From a virus: a stretch of 60,190 bases of DNA. Below, piece by piece: positions 1 through 7,898 of the stretch (positions are counted from its first letter, which is position 1; the number at the start of each line of letters is the position of its first letter). The stretch lies in IMG/VR virus record IMGVR_UViG_3300049448_000391; one strand, given 5' to 3'. The notes below the pieces were generated by a model. That model made no database searches, was not told the origin of the DNA, and saw nothing but the letters and a program-made list of their open reading frames with translations. A program made the translations under genes and the position numbers.

Positions 1-125
1 ATTTCGGGATGGGCCGATACGTCCGCAACTCCCACGAGACATGCATCATCGCGAGACGCGGCTCCGCGAAGGTCCGTAACCGCTCAGTGAAATCCGTCTT
101 CGAGGCGCCGATCCGCGCGCACTCG
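1..125. repeat. Terminal overlap identical to 60066-60190 (circular or terminally redundant 60,065-bp unit)
   Basis: Both window ends compared base by base: 125/125 identical; one ORF reads through the junction in frame. Confidence 0.95.
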
Positions 126-257
126 CAGAAGCCAGAGGCCTTCTACCACCTAGTCGAGCGGCTCGCGGAAGGGCCCTACCTAGAGCTTTTCGCGCGCCGG
201 CGCCGCCCGAACTGGATCTGCCGCGGCGACGAGATCGATGCGGAGGCCGCCGAATGA
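1..257 (+). CDS. MT-A70 methyltransferase, 3' part of the gene starting at 59780
   Basis: ORF 9..257 (GRYVRNSHETCIIARRG...AHSQKPEAFYHLVERL); bases 1-125 duplicate 60066-60190. Confidence 0.8.
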   Translation, partial: FGMGRYVRNSHETCIIARRGSAKVRNRSVKSVFEAPIRAHSQKPEAFYHLVERLAEGPYLELFARRRRPNWICRGDEIDAEAAE

Positions 258-1186
258 CCGCCCACGACTACTGGGTCGATCGCGCCGAGCTCGAGCAGCC
301 TGGGGGGGGGCAGTCGATGAAGCTCCGGCGATGTCCGCAGCATTGGGGCTTCGTGGCGGACACGGAGTTCCTTTCCGACAAGCCGGGCGCAATGTGCTCG
401 ACGTGCCGCGGTCGCGCGCGCCGCGGTGAGCAGCGAACGCCGGCGGAGCGCCGGGCCCGACTCGGTCGATCGCCGAACGCGCTTCCGACGGTCCTCGTCA
501 TGGGGGCGAGCGGCAATCAGAAGCTAGGCGGGATCCCCGCGACGATCTCCTCGGCGGAGACCTGCCCCGATGCGTGCTCGCTCAAAGGAAACGGCTGCTA
601 CGCGGAGCAGCACGTACTCGCGTTCCACTGGCGCGGCGCCTCCGAGCGCGGTCTCTTCTGGTCGGACTTCCTCTGCTGGGTCCGTGCGCTTCCCGCGGGG
701 CAGCTATGGCGGCACAACACTGCGGGCGACCTCGCCGGCGGGAACGACGAGCTCGACGTGGACGCCTTGGACGAGCTCGTTGACGCGGCTCGCGCGACTA
801 GGGGCTTCTCCTTCACGCATAAACCGCTGCGGTCCGCGCATGAACGCGACGCGATCGCTCATGCGAACGACGGCGGCTTCACGATCAACCTCTCGGCGGA
901 CTCGCTGCCTGAGGCGGATCGCAAGCTCGCCCTCGGCATCGCGCCTGTCGTGAGCCTCGTCCCACACGGCACGCGGACGGGCGATCGCTCCGGGGGAGGT
1001 CACCGCATCGTCGTCTGCCCGGCGCAGCTCCACGACGACGTGACGTGCCGTGACTGTGGCCTCTGTCGGAACGCGTACCGCCAGGGCCTCGTCGGCTTCC
1101 TGCCCCACGGACAGCTCGGCAGTGCGATCGCGCGCCGGCTGCCTGTCGTTCAGCGCGCACCCCTCACCGCGGCCCCGGCCGCCTGA
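254..1186 (+). CDS. Cys-rich phage protein (possibly GP88-type family)
   Basis: ATGA overlap with methyltransferase stop; Cys clusters ETCPDACSLKGNGCYA and CPAQLHDDVTCRDCGLC; family assignment from memory only. Confidence 0.55.
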   Translation: MTAHDYWVDRAELEQPGGGQSMKLRRCPQHWGFVADTEFLSDKPGAMCSTCRGRARRGEQRTPAERRARLGRSPNALPTVLVMGASGNQKLGGIPATISSAETCPDACSLKGNGCYAEQHVLAFHWRGASERGLFWSDFLCWVRALPAGQLWRHNTAGDLAGGNDELDVDALDELVDAARATRGFSFTHKPLRSAHERDAIAHANDGGFTINLSADSLPEADRKLALGIAPVVSLVPHGTRTGDRSGGGHRIVVCPAQLHDDVTCRDCGLCRNAYRQGLVGFLPHGQLGSAIARRLPVVQRAPLTAAPAA

Positions 1187-1208
1187 CACGAGAAACACAG
1201 GAGGAATC

Positions 1209-1907
1209 ATGAACTGTACGGAAAATGGAGTCGGTCTCACCGCTGCGGAAATCCGCACCTTGCTCAAGTTCGCGTCCCGCGAGGATGCCGACCGAGACAA
1301 GTACGGCGTCAAGTTCATCGTCGAAGGCGATCGCTGCTGGGCGCGAGCCGCCGCGCACAACTCGATCGAGCTCGACGGGGAGAGCGACAAGCAGCTCCCC
1401 GATGGGGAGTGGTTCGTCCGACGCGACTTCCTCGAGCAAGCCGTGAAGCTCGTGGTCGGCGTGAAGGCCATGCTCCGGCTCGCGTTCAGCGGCGCGTCTC
1501 TGAACCACGCGATCGTCGAGGAGAACGGCATCGAGACTGGCTCCTTCGACGTCCCGACCGACGCGGCCGTCGCGGATGTCTCGTTTCCCTGGACGAAGCT
1601 TCAGATCCCTCGCCGCGGTCGCGAAATCGCGCATTGCTCGGCGCTCCCCGGTGCGTACGCCGCGCTCCTCCAGGACGTCGAGAGCGCCCTCGATGTCGAA
1701 TACTCCGACCTCTACCCGCCTGTCGATCCGGAGCACCCGTGGGTCTTCGTGACGAACGACTCCGGGCAGACGGTCGCGCGCGGAACCCTGAAGGGTGCGA
1801 AGAGCGCCTCCGCGACCAAAGGGAAGGGCGACGAGGAGGGATCGGAAGACGAGGTCTCGCGTCGGCGGAAGAAGAAGAACGATCGCCAGCAGGAGATCGC
1901 GCACTGA
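1209..1907 (+). CDS. Hypothetical early protein
   Basis: GGAGGA just upstream of ATG 1209 (track ORF 1050.. is an SD-less upstream extension); 232 aa with Lys/Glu-rich tail. Confidence 0.6.
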   Translation: MNCTENGVGLTAAEIRTLLKFASREDADRDKYGVKFIVEGDRCWARAAAHNSIELDGESDKQLPDGEWFVRRDFLEQAVKLVVGVKAMLRLAFSGASLNHAIVEENGIETGSFDVPTDAAVADVSFPWTKLQIPRRGREIAHCSALPGAYAALLQDVESALDVEYSDLYPPVDPEHPWVFVTNDSGQTVARGTLKGAKSASATKGKGDEEGSEDEVSRRRKKKNDRQQEIAH

Positions 1908-2476
1908 TGCCCGAGCCGCTCCGCCTCGTGCCTCTCCGGCCGCCGGCGCCGAAGAGGAAAGGACCGGTCGACTTCTCCGTTCCGCGCGCGCTCGAGCTCG
2001 CGGACCGGATCCTCGCCGGTCCTCCGTCGGGTCACAACCCGCGGGTCCCGGGGCGGGGCGTCCTCCTCGCGCGTTTCGTGATGCCGCTAGAGCTCGCGTC
2101 GCCGGAGAACCGGCACAGCCGCGCGGCGAACTGGATGCACGCAGCGCGGAAGGAGCGGCTCTTCCGGCTCATGTGGGTGCAGGCAGCGTCGAACCTGCCG
2201 AAGACGCCTCTCGGCTACTTGCCGCACCGACCGATGGCGCGGCTCGTGCGCTTCTCTTCCGTCGAGACCGACGATCGCGACGGCTTCAAGGCAGCGATCG
2301 ACTTCCTCTGCGTGCCGGTCGCGCCGTGCGCGAAGTGGAAGCACGGAAAGAAAGGCCTCGGCTTTCTCACCGACGACGCGCCGAAGTACCTCGACCGATC
2401 GGCGTCGTGGTGGGAGCGCGCGCCTCGGGGACAGGGCCTAGCGCTAGTCGAGCTGTGGAGCGGAGGCCCGTCGTGA
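1907..2476 (+). CDS. Putative RusA-like Holliday-junction resolvase
   Basis: TGATG overlap at 1905-1909; SSVETDDRDGFKAAIDFLC...GLGFLTDDAPKYL resembles the RusA D.D..K..D.L...DD pattern. Confidence 0.45.
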   Translation: MPEPLRLVPLRPPAPKRKGPVDFSVPRALELADRILAGPPSGHNPRVPGRGVLLARFVMPLELASPENRHSRAANWMHAARKERLFRLMWVQAASNLPKTPLGYLPHRPMARLVRFSSVETDDRDGFKAAIDFLCVPVAPCAKWKHGKKGLGFLTDDAPKYLDRSASWWERAPRGQGLALVELWSGGPS

Positions 2477-2598
2477 CGAGGACCAGACGGAAGCTCGCGC
2501 GCCTCTCCGCGAGGGGATGGCGGCACATCAGCGAAGCACGGCGGATGTTCCGCGGCGCCTGGCGGGCCACCGCGCAGGCGAGGAAGGCGATGCGATGA
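2473..2598 (+). CDS. Possible small basic ORF (41 aa)
   Basis: GTGA overlap with the 2476 stop and ATGA overlap with the next start; may exist only as a coupling ORF. Confidence 0.3.
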   Translation: MTRTRRKLARLSARGWRHISEARRMFRGAWRATAQARKAMR

Positions 2599-2795
2599 GC
2601 GTGCGCGGTGAGCCGAGACTGCCGGTGTACCAGCCTCCGAAAGAGGACGAGGTCGCCGACTCCGTTATCGAGGTCGCAGCGGACGCGATCCTTCGACGCG
2701 CACGGGTCCTCGATGCGCAGGATCCAGAGATTGCGCACGGCCTTCGTTCCCTCGTTCTCAATTTGCGACCGGACATGGTGGAGACGTCCCAATGA
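2595..2795 (+). CDS. Hypothetical small acidic protein
   Basis: ATG 2595 inside ATGA overlap; its stop overlaps the ATG at 2792. Confidence 0.45.
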   Translation: MSVRGEPRLPVYQPPKEDEVADSVIEVAADAILRRARVLDAQDPEIAHGLRSLVLNLRPDMVETSQ

Positions 2796-3736
2796 TCACG
2801 GTGAAAGAGGAATTCCTGACGGATCCGAAGACGGTCCTCGCCATGAAGCTCGGCGGGAGCGAGGCGATCCACCTTTGGCTCGCGATGAAGGCGCACGCGG
2901 CGAGCAAGCTCACAAACGGCTTCGTGCCGGATGCGTTGATCGATCACCTGCCTGGAGGACCGAAGAATCCGCGACGAGCCCTCAAGGCACTCGTTGACTG
3001 CGCGTTCCGCAGGGCCGACGGCACCATGGGCAGCGGCCTCGTCGAAAAGGTCAATCACGGATGGCAGCTTCACGACTACCTCGACCACGCGAATAGCGCC
3101 GACGAGGAGCTCGAGAGACGTCGGAAGGAGCGGGAACGGAAGGCCGCCTACCGCGAGACAAAGAAGGGACGTGTCCCACCTGTGTCCCACGGGACATCTG
3201 GGACAGATGATGGGACATCAGGTGGGACGGAGACAGGGACAGAAACGGGACGTCCCAGTCCCCTCGCGTGCGCGCCTGCCGCGCGCCCGCGCGCGCCCGC
3301 GTCCCCACCCCACCCCACCCCACCCCAGTCCCAACCAACACCACCACCGGATCCGGCGACGTCGGCGGTGGACTCGAACGAGGATCCCGGACGGGAGACG
3401 GCCTGCCCGCTCGACCTGTATGACCGCGCCGAGCAGGCCGGCGTGCACACGGAGCTCGCTGGGCGTCTCACCGTGCCGATCGAGTCCCTGCGGCAGGAGA
3501 CACGTGAGTTCGTCGCGTACTGGACGATCGGCGGCGGTATGGGACAGCGCCGAACGACGTGGGTGGCGCGCCTTCGGCAGCGTCTCGTCAAACGCGCCGG
3601 AGAGGGCGCGCTGAAGGCCCCAGGCGCCATCGCGCACGCCGCGACGAAGGTCGCAGAGCTCGGGAGCCCAGGCGCCGCCGTCGCGCCGTCGAAGCACCTC
3701 GCCGGGTTCGTCGGGGACGAGCGAGGGTCGTCGTGA
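2792..3736 (+). CDS. Putative replication-initiation / DNA-binding protein with an internal iteron array
   Basis: 314-aa ORF; the central low-complexity linker (GTSGTDDGTSGGTETGTETG, PHPTPPQSQPTPPP) is encoded by GGGAC iterons and (CCCCA)5. Function inferred from analogy to lambda O/ori. Confidence 0.5.
   Translation: MITVKEEFLTDPKTVLAMKLGGSEAIHLWLAMKAHAASKLTNGFVPDALIDHLPGGPKNPRRALKALVDCAFRRADGTMGSGLVEKVNHGWQLHDYLDHANSADEELERRRKERERKAAYRETKKGRVPPVSHGTSGTDDGTSGGTETGTETGRPSPLACAPAARPRAPASPPHPTPPQSQPTPPPDPATSAVDSNEDPGRETACPLDLYDRAEQAGVHTELAGRLTVPIESLRQETREFVAYWTIGGGMGQRRTTWVARLRQRLVKRAGEGALKAPGAIAHAATKVAELGSPGAAVAPSKHLAGFVGDERGSS
3166..3263. repeat. Iteron-like cluster: 7 direct GGGAC(A/G) plus 4 inverted GTCCC copies
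   Basis: GGGAC at 3166, 3191, 3200, 3212, 3224, 3236, 3247 (spacing 9-12 bp); GTCCC at 3173, 3184, 3252, 3258. Confidence 0.7.
3303..3327. repeat. (CCCCA)x5 pentanucleotide repeat; the complement (TGGGG)5 is G-quadruplex capable
   Basis: Five perfect CCCCA units read directly; 40 bp downstream of the iterons. Confidence 0.9.
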
Positions 3737-4170
3737 GTCTCGACGACGTGTACTGGAGCATGCCGGACGACGCGCGACGTCGCGTCGACGCGGTTCAGCA
3801 CGACGGGCTTCGAAGACTCTGCATCGAGCTCTGGACGTGCATCGGCGACCACCACGACAACGGGTCCACGAAGCCGTCGCAGGCCGAGGATACCGTCCGG
3901 ATGGCGCTCGAGGGGAAGTTCGGCACGGAGCTCCAGAAGCTCGTCGAGGAGCGAATGGAGTCGTTCAAGCGCAGGGTCCAGCGCTTCCCGCACGAGGCGA
4001 AACGGGAGTTCCCCGAGCAGTACTGGAAGCTCGTGCACGGTAGCGTCCGAGCGATCCAACGGGTGCGTGAGGGCCTGCAGCCCGCGAAGCCGCGGCAGGT
4101 CGCGTTACCGCTTCACCCGCAAGAGCCTGTGATCGGACGAGCACCCGCGCGCGACACGAGGTTTCCGTGA
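3733..4170 (+). CDS. Hypothetical early protein
   Basis: GTG 3733 in GTGA overlap with previous stop; 145 aa. Confidence 0.55.
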   Translation: MSLDDVYWSMPDDARRRVDAVQHDGLRRLCIELWTCIGDHHDNGSTKPSQAEDTVRMALEGKFGTELQKLVEERMESFKRRVQRFPHEAKREFPEQYWKLVHGSVRAIQRVREGLQPAKPRQVALPLHPQEPVIGRAPARDTRFP

Positions 4171-4234
4171 CGCTTGGACGACCCTTTTTGGATCCCGCCG
4201 AAACGCGCGCACGACGCGCGAGATTGGAGACGCG

Positions 4235-4555
4235 ATGAGCAAGCAGAAGGAAGACAGCCCCATGAAGTCCACGATCACGAAAGAAGCGCCCCCGTCCGAT
4301 CCGACCAAGTCGACGACGGAGCCGCAGCCTCCCCATGCACCGCCCACGCTTCCGGACGAGCGGCACCGTGGGCGCGACGTCTTCGCCGAGCTTGACATGC
4401 TCGCTGGCCGCGTCTCGAAACTCGAAGGCCAGCTTCCCGTTCCACGCGTGCAGCCCGAGATGTGTCAGAAGTGCGGCGGCCCCGTCACCGGCGGCGTGCT
4501 GATCGGCGAGAAGCACTACCACGCGGGATGCGCGCCGACGGGAACGGGCCGATGA
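4235..4555 (+). CDS. Hypothetical protein with C-terminal zinc-ribbon-like motif
   Basis: 106 aa; MCQKCGG...HYHAGC (CxxC...HxxC). Confidence 0.55.
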   Translation: MSKQKEDSPMKSTITKEAPPSDPTKSTTEPQPPHAPPTLPDERHRGRDVFAELDMLAGRVSKLEGQLPVPRVQPEMCQKCGGPVTGGVLIGEKHYHAGCAPTGTGR

Positions 4556-4860
4556 GCAACGTCGCGCGAGCATGGGCACGGGTCGCTGCTCATCACCGGT
4601 TCCGCAGTGAGTACGCGAAGGCGTTCCGCGTGCTCGCGCGATTCCCGATCTACACGCTCAAGGGCGCCTCTCGGCACCACATCCTGAACGGCGACATCTT
4701 CGACGTCGAGAAGCACACGACGGCCGGCGGTCACCCGAAGGACCAGGTCGATCGCGGGGACGACTTCATGGACGCGAAGCGCTACCAGGACGCCGAGCGG
4801 TTGAACGAGCTCGTTGAGCTGCAACGGAAGATGCAAGCGGAGATGGGAGCGGAAGGGTGA
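4552..4860 (+). CDS. Hypothetical protein
   Basis: ATG 4552 in ATGA overlap; 102 aa. Confidence 0.55.
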   Translation: MSNVARAWARVAAHHRFRSEYAKAFRVLARFPIYTLKGASRHHILNGDIFDVEKHTTAGGHPKDQVDRGDDFMDAKRYQDAERLNELVELQRKMQAEMGAEG

Positions 4861-4952
4861 CGTTCCACGAGTTCACGAACTATGCGTGCGCGGCGATCAT
4901 CGGCTACTCGACGGCCGCGATCGTTGCCTACGTGGTGAGGGGCGGACGATGA
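4857..4952 (+). CDS. Possible 31-aa hydrophobic peptide
   Basis: GTGA and ATGA overlaps at both ends; core AAIIGYSTAAIVAYVV. Confidence 0.3.
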   Translation: MTFHEFTNYACAAIIGYSTAAIVAYVVRGGR

Positions 4953-5221
4953 ACCGCCGCCTCGCCTTCGTTGTCTACGCCGCGGGCGGCTCCAGGGTAG
5001 CCGAGGGTTACGACTACGTCCGCTGCGACCGGTGCGCGCATTGGAAAAACCAAGGATTCGCCGGCAAATGCAATGTGCCACCACCGAGGCTCACCGATGG
5101 ATTCGGCGAGAAGCCGCCAACGCCCGCATTCCTCACGAACGATCGGCAGCCGCTTACGACGTCGTTCGACTTTGGCTGCGCCCTCTTCACGCCCCGCGCG
5201 GAAACGGAGACGGCGAAGTGA
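4949..5221 (+). CDS. Hypothetical Cys-containing protein
   Basis: ATG 4949 in ATGA overlap; 90 aa; CDRCAHW...GKC. Confidence 0.5.
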   Translation: MNRRLAFVVYAAGGSRVAEGYDYVRCDRCAHWKNQGFAGKCNVPPPRLTDGFGEKPPTPAFLTNDRQPLTTSFDFGCALFTPRAETETAK

Positions 5222-5775
5222 CGCTCATCCTCGCAATGACCGACGCCGTGAACGACCGAGCGATCCTCTGCACGGACTCGGGGCAGTGGAACGGAAGCAT
5301 GGTGAGCCGCGCACGACGGCCGAAGTTCTGGGGCACGAAGCCCTGGGTGGTCGCGATGGCGGGCACATCCGGAATCATCAACACCGTACGGAGAATTGAG
5401 ACGCCGCTCGCCACATCGGACGAGGCCGTAGAGGACTATGCGGGTCTCGTTCTTCGGGCGGCCGGCGCGTGGCAGACGGAAGTCTCGAAGTTCGACTCGG
5501 AACCCGACAAGTTCTCAATGGTGATCGCGGCGGGGGGTCGAGTTTTTCACTGCGGCACCGATTGCGGCATCTCCTCGCCGGTCAGCGGCGTCATCGCGCG
5601 CGGCATGGGCAACGAGTTCGCGATGGGAGCCGCGCTCACGATGATGCGCGAGGTGACGACCGACGTTCTGCGCGTCGGTGAGGGCGTGATGCGACTTGCC
5701 GCCGAGCACACGGACGGGTGCCGGCCTCCGTTTCGATGGATGGCGACGGACGGAGCGGAAGGAACGTGGACGTGA
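5218..5775 (+). CDS. Ntn-hydrolase / proteasome-beta (HslV)-like protein
   Basis: GTGA overlap; after the initiator the N-terminus is T-L-I-L-A-M-T-D; MAGTSG and ARGMGNEFAMGAAL blocks are spaced as in proteasome-beta-type folds. Confidence 0.4.
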   Translation: MTLILAMTDAVNDRAILCTDSGQWNGSMVSRARRPKFWGTKPWVVAMAGTSGIINTVRRIETPLATSDEAVEDYAGLVLRAAGAWQTEVSKFDSEPDKFSMVIAAGGRVFHCGTDCGISSPVSGVIARGMGNEFAMGAALTMMREVTTDVLRVGEGVMRLAAEHTDGCRPPFRWMATDGAEGTWT

Positions 5776-5904
5776 GGGTCGACGGGGCGATCGTTTGCGC
5801 GAACTGCGGAGCCGCGAAACGGGAGGGCGCCTAGAAACAGAAGACCCGCACCTCTCGGCACGGGCCTTTCCGGATCTTCGCGGGACCGGAAGGAAACCTA
5901 CCCG

Positions 5905-6975
5905 ATGGAAGACATTCTCACCAGTGCGGATGTTCAGAAGAGCATCGAGAAGCTACGACTTCGCGACGACACGCGCGCCAACAAGCTAGCCGCTTTCGTT
6001 CGCGAGTCGCTCCCCGATCCTTCGTTCCAGCAAGCGATCCGCCGCGGAGAGATCCAGGCATGGGAACGAGCCCTCGCGCACGTGATCGCCGTGCAAGGGT
6101 TCTTCCGAGTGTGCGACGAACGCACCGAGGAGGACGGACGGCTCGCTTACACCGTCGTCGACGAGTCCGAAGAGCGGACGGGATACCTGCGAGCTCTCGC
6201 GGAGACCGATCTCGGCTACGTGCACGATCCGAGCTGGACGAACGGCGGTCTCGCTTCGCACGGCGCGGATCCGGCGCCCCTCGAGGACGGTGTGAGGGAT
6301 CCGCTCCCAGCGCTCCGACACGTCGCGGCCTACGCGATGGTCGTGCAGGTCGACGGGGTGCCCGAGGTCGCCTGGCAGTACTCTGCGAGCACATTCGAGC
6401 TCGGGATCTCCTCGATTCACGACGCGATGGTCGCGAAGCTGCTCCTCGGGGACAGCATGGGTGGCGGTTCCTCGGATCCGCCGGAGGGCCCGACGGACAG
6501 CCAGATCCAAGCCGCGAGCCTGCAGCGGCGCATCCGTGAACGGCTCGGGCGGCTCCCTCATCGCCTCCAGGCCGTGCTCGAGCTCGCCTACACGGATCGT
6601 CGCTACGAGAACCAGCTCGTGTCGGACTACGGGATCGGGCTCGCCCCGCTTGTGTGGCGCGCAGCGGAGCGCGCAGGCGACGTCCGGGATGGACGCGTCC
6701 GGACGAACATCGGCACACTTCGCGCGCTCGTCGACGACGTCCGGAAAGAGTGGCCGACGTACGAAGCGCCGCAGACGGGCAACTTGAAGCACCGGATCAA
6801 GGCGGTCGCCGAGCTGCTCCTGTGGACCGCGCACGCCTGGTACGAGGCGCTCTCGGGAGACCCGCCGCAGCGACCCCAGAAGGCGCGGCGCAAGCGAAGG
6901 ACGCCCGTCCTCGAGGTCGCGAGTCAGCCACGCGATCTCGTCGAGGTCCGGAGCGACCCGAGGGCAGCGGCGTGA
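5905..6975 (+). CDS. Hypothetical protein, possible sigma-region-4-like HTH
   Basis: 356 aa; RLPHRLQAVLELAYTDRRY resembles sigma-70 region 4. Confidence 0.5.
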   Translation: MEDILTSADVQKSIEKLRLRDDTRANKLAAFVRESLPDPSFQQAIRRGEIQAWERALAHVIAVQGFFRVCDERTEEDGRLAYTVVDESEERTGYLRALAETDLGYVHDPSWTNGGLASHGADPAPLEDGVRDPLPALRHVAAYAMVVQVDGVPEVAWQYSASTFELGISSIHDAMVAKLLLGDSMGGGSSDPPEGPTDSQIQAASLQRRIRERLGRLPHRLQAVLELAYTDRRYENQLVSDYGIGLAPLVWRAAERAGDVRDGRVRTNIGTLRALVDDVRKEWPTYEAPQTGNLKHRIKAVAELLLWTAHAWYEALSGDPPQRPQKARRKRRTPVLEVASQPRDLVEVRSDPRAAA

Positions 6976-7280
6976 GCGGAGCGATGTGGACGCTCCGGGA
7001 GGCGGCCGCGCGAATGCGGAAGGGCCTGAAGGCGGCGCGGGCCGAGCTCCACGAGCTCCAGGCGAAGCACGGCGGCCTGCTCTTCCGCGCCGCGGGCGGG
7101 CGAAACACGAAGCTCTGGATCGAGCCCACGAAGCTCCTTGAGCTCCGTCCCGCTCTCGCTCAGCGCGAGCACCTCGGCGACGTCCTGACGCGCCTCGACG
7201 CGGTCGAGCAGCAGCTCGCCGACCTGGTCGAGTTCAGACGGAAGGCCAACGCCTGGCTGTCCAAAGTGGGCCCTAAGTAG
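6972..7280 (+). CDS. Hypothetical DNA-binding/coiled-coil protein
   Basis: GTG 6972 in GTGA overlap (or ATG 6984); WTLREAAARM... then a heptad-like region. Confidence 0.5.
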   Translation: MSGAMWTLREAAARMRKGLKAARAELHELQAKHGGLLFRAAGGRNTKLWIEPTKLLELRPALAQREHLGDVLTRLDAVEQQLADLVEFRRKANAWLSKVGPK

Positions 7281-7293
7281 ACCAAAGTGGGCC
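7261..7293. repeat. Two exact CCAAAGTGGGCC 12-mers, 21 bp apart
   Basis: 7261-7272 and 7282-7293 read directly; they sit at the start of the 320-bp gap before the packaging genes. Confidence 0.85.
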
Positions 7294-7605
7294 GGCGTTT
7301 TCCGCGGGACACCTTATACACGCGCGCGCACGCGCACCCGCGGGGAGTCTTCAGAGAGCGCGGACGCCATGAGCCCGGGACGCCCTCCCGAAAAGCCATG
7401 TGGTCGGTCACGCCTGATAGCCCCTCCCTCCGTCGCCAAATCCTCGCCGAGTTCTCGCAGTGTCGTACACCCGCGGGATGCGTCGGCAGGGTGCCGGAGC
7501 CGGTGACGGTCGAGCCCAAACTGCCGGCGCCGTCGAAGCCGATCGAGGGGGCACGAGCTCGCCGCATCGTCGAGTGCCGAGCGGCCTGACGAGAACGAGG
7601 ACGCC

Positions 7606-7815
7606 ATGGCCACCCTGACGACGAAAGCCCGCAAGGCCCTCCCGAAGTCGAGCTTCGGCCTGCCGACGCAGCACGCGTACCCGATGCCGAATCGGGAGCA
7701 CGCCGCGAACGCGAAGGCCCGCGCCTCGCAAGAGTTCAGCGCCGGCAAGCTCTCCGCGTCCGCGAAAGCGCAGATCGACGCGAAGGCCAACAAGATCCTG
7801 AAGCGCGGCAAGTAG
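7606..7815 (+). CDS. Small basic conserved-looking phage protein
   Basis: GAGGA SD before ATG; 69 aa MATLTTKARKALPKSSFGLP... Confidence 0.6.
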   Translation: MATLTTKARKALPKSSFGLPTQHAYPMPNREHAANAKARASQEFSAGKLSASAKAQIDAKANKILKRGK

Positions 7816-7846
7816 CCCGCGCGTTTCACAACGCACGCAGTTCCCC

Positions 7847-7876
7847 CCAACGGGTCGCCGCCGGTCAACGGGCGTG
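7847..7876 (+). promoter_or_regulatory. Conserved upstream element, copy E1 (candidate late promoter/activator site)
   Basis: CCAACGGGTCGCCGCCGGTCAACGGGCGTG, 22 nt before the terS start; near-identical to 13107-13137. Confidence 0.4.
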
Positions 7877-7898
7877 AAGGGGGAAGGAGCGGACGGAC

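Noticed and set aside
7287-7589. 100-aa plus-strand ORF in the gap before the packaging genes.
   Set aside because: Third-position G+C is fairly high, so it could be real. But it has no SD, an odd low-complexity start and no recognisable motif. It is left unannotated pending homology evidence.
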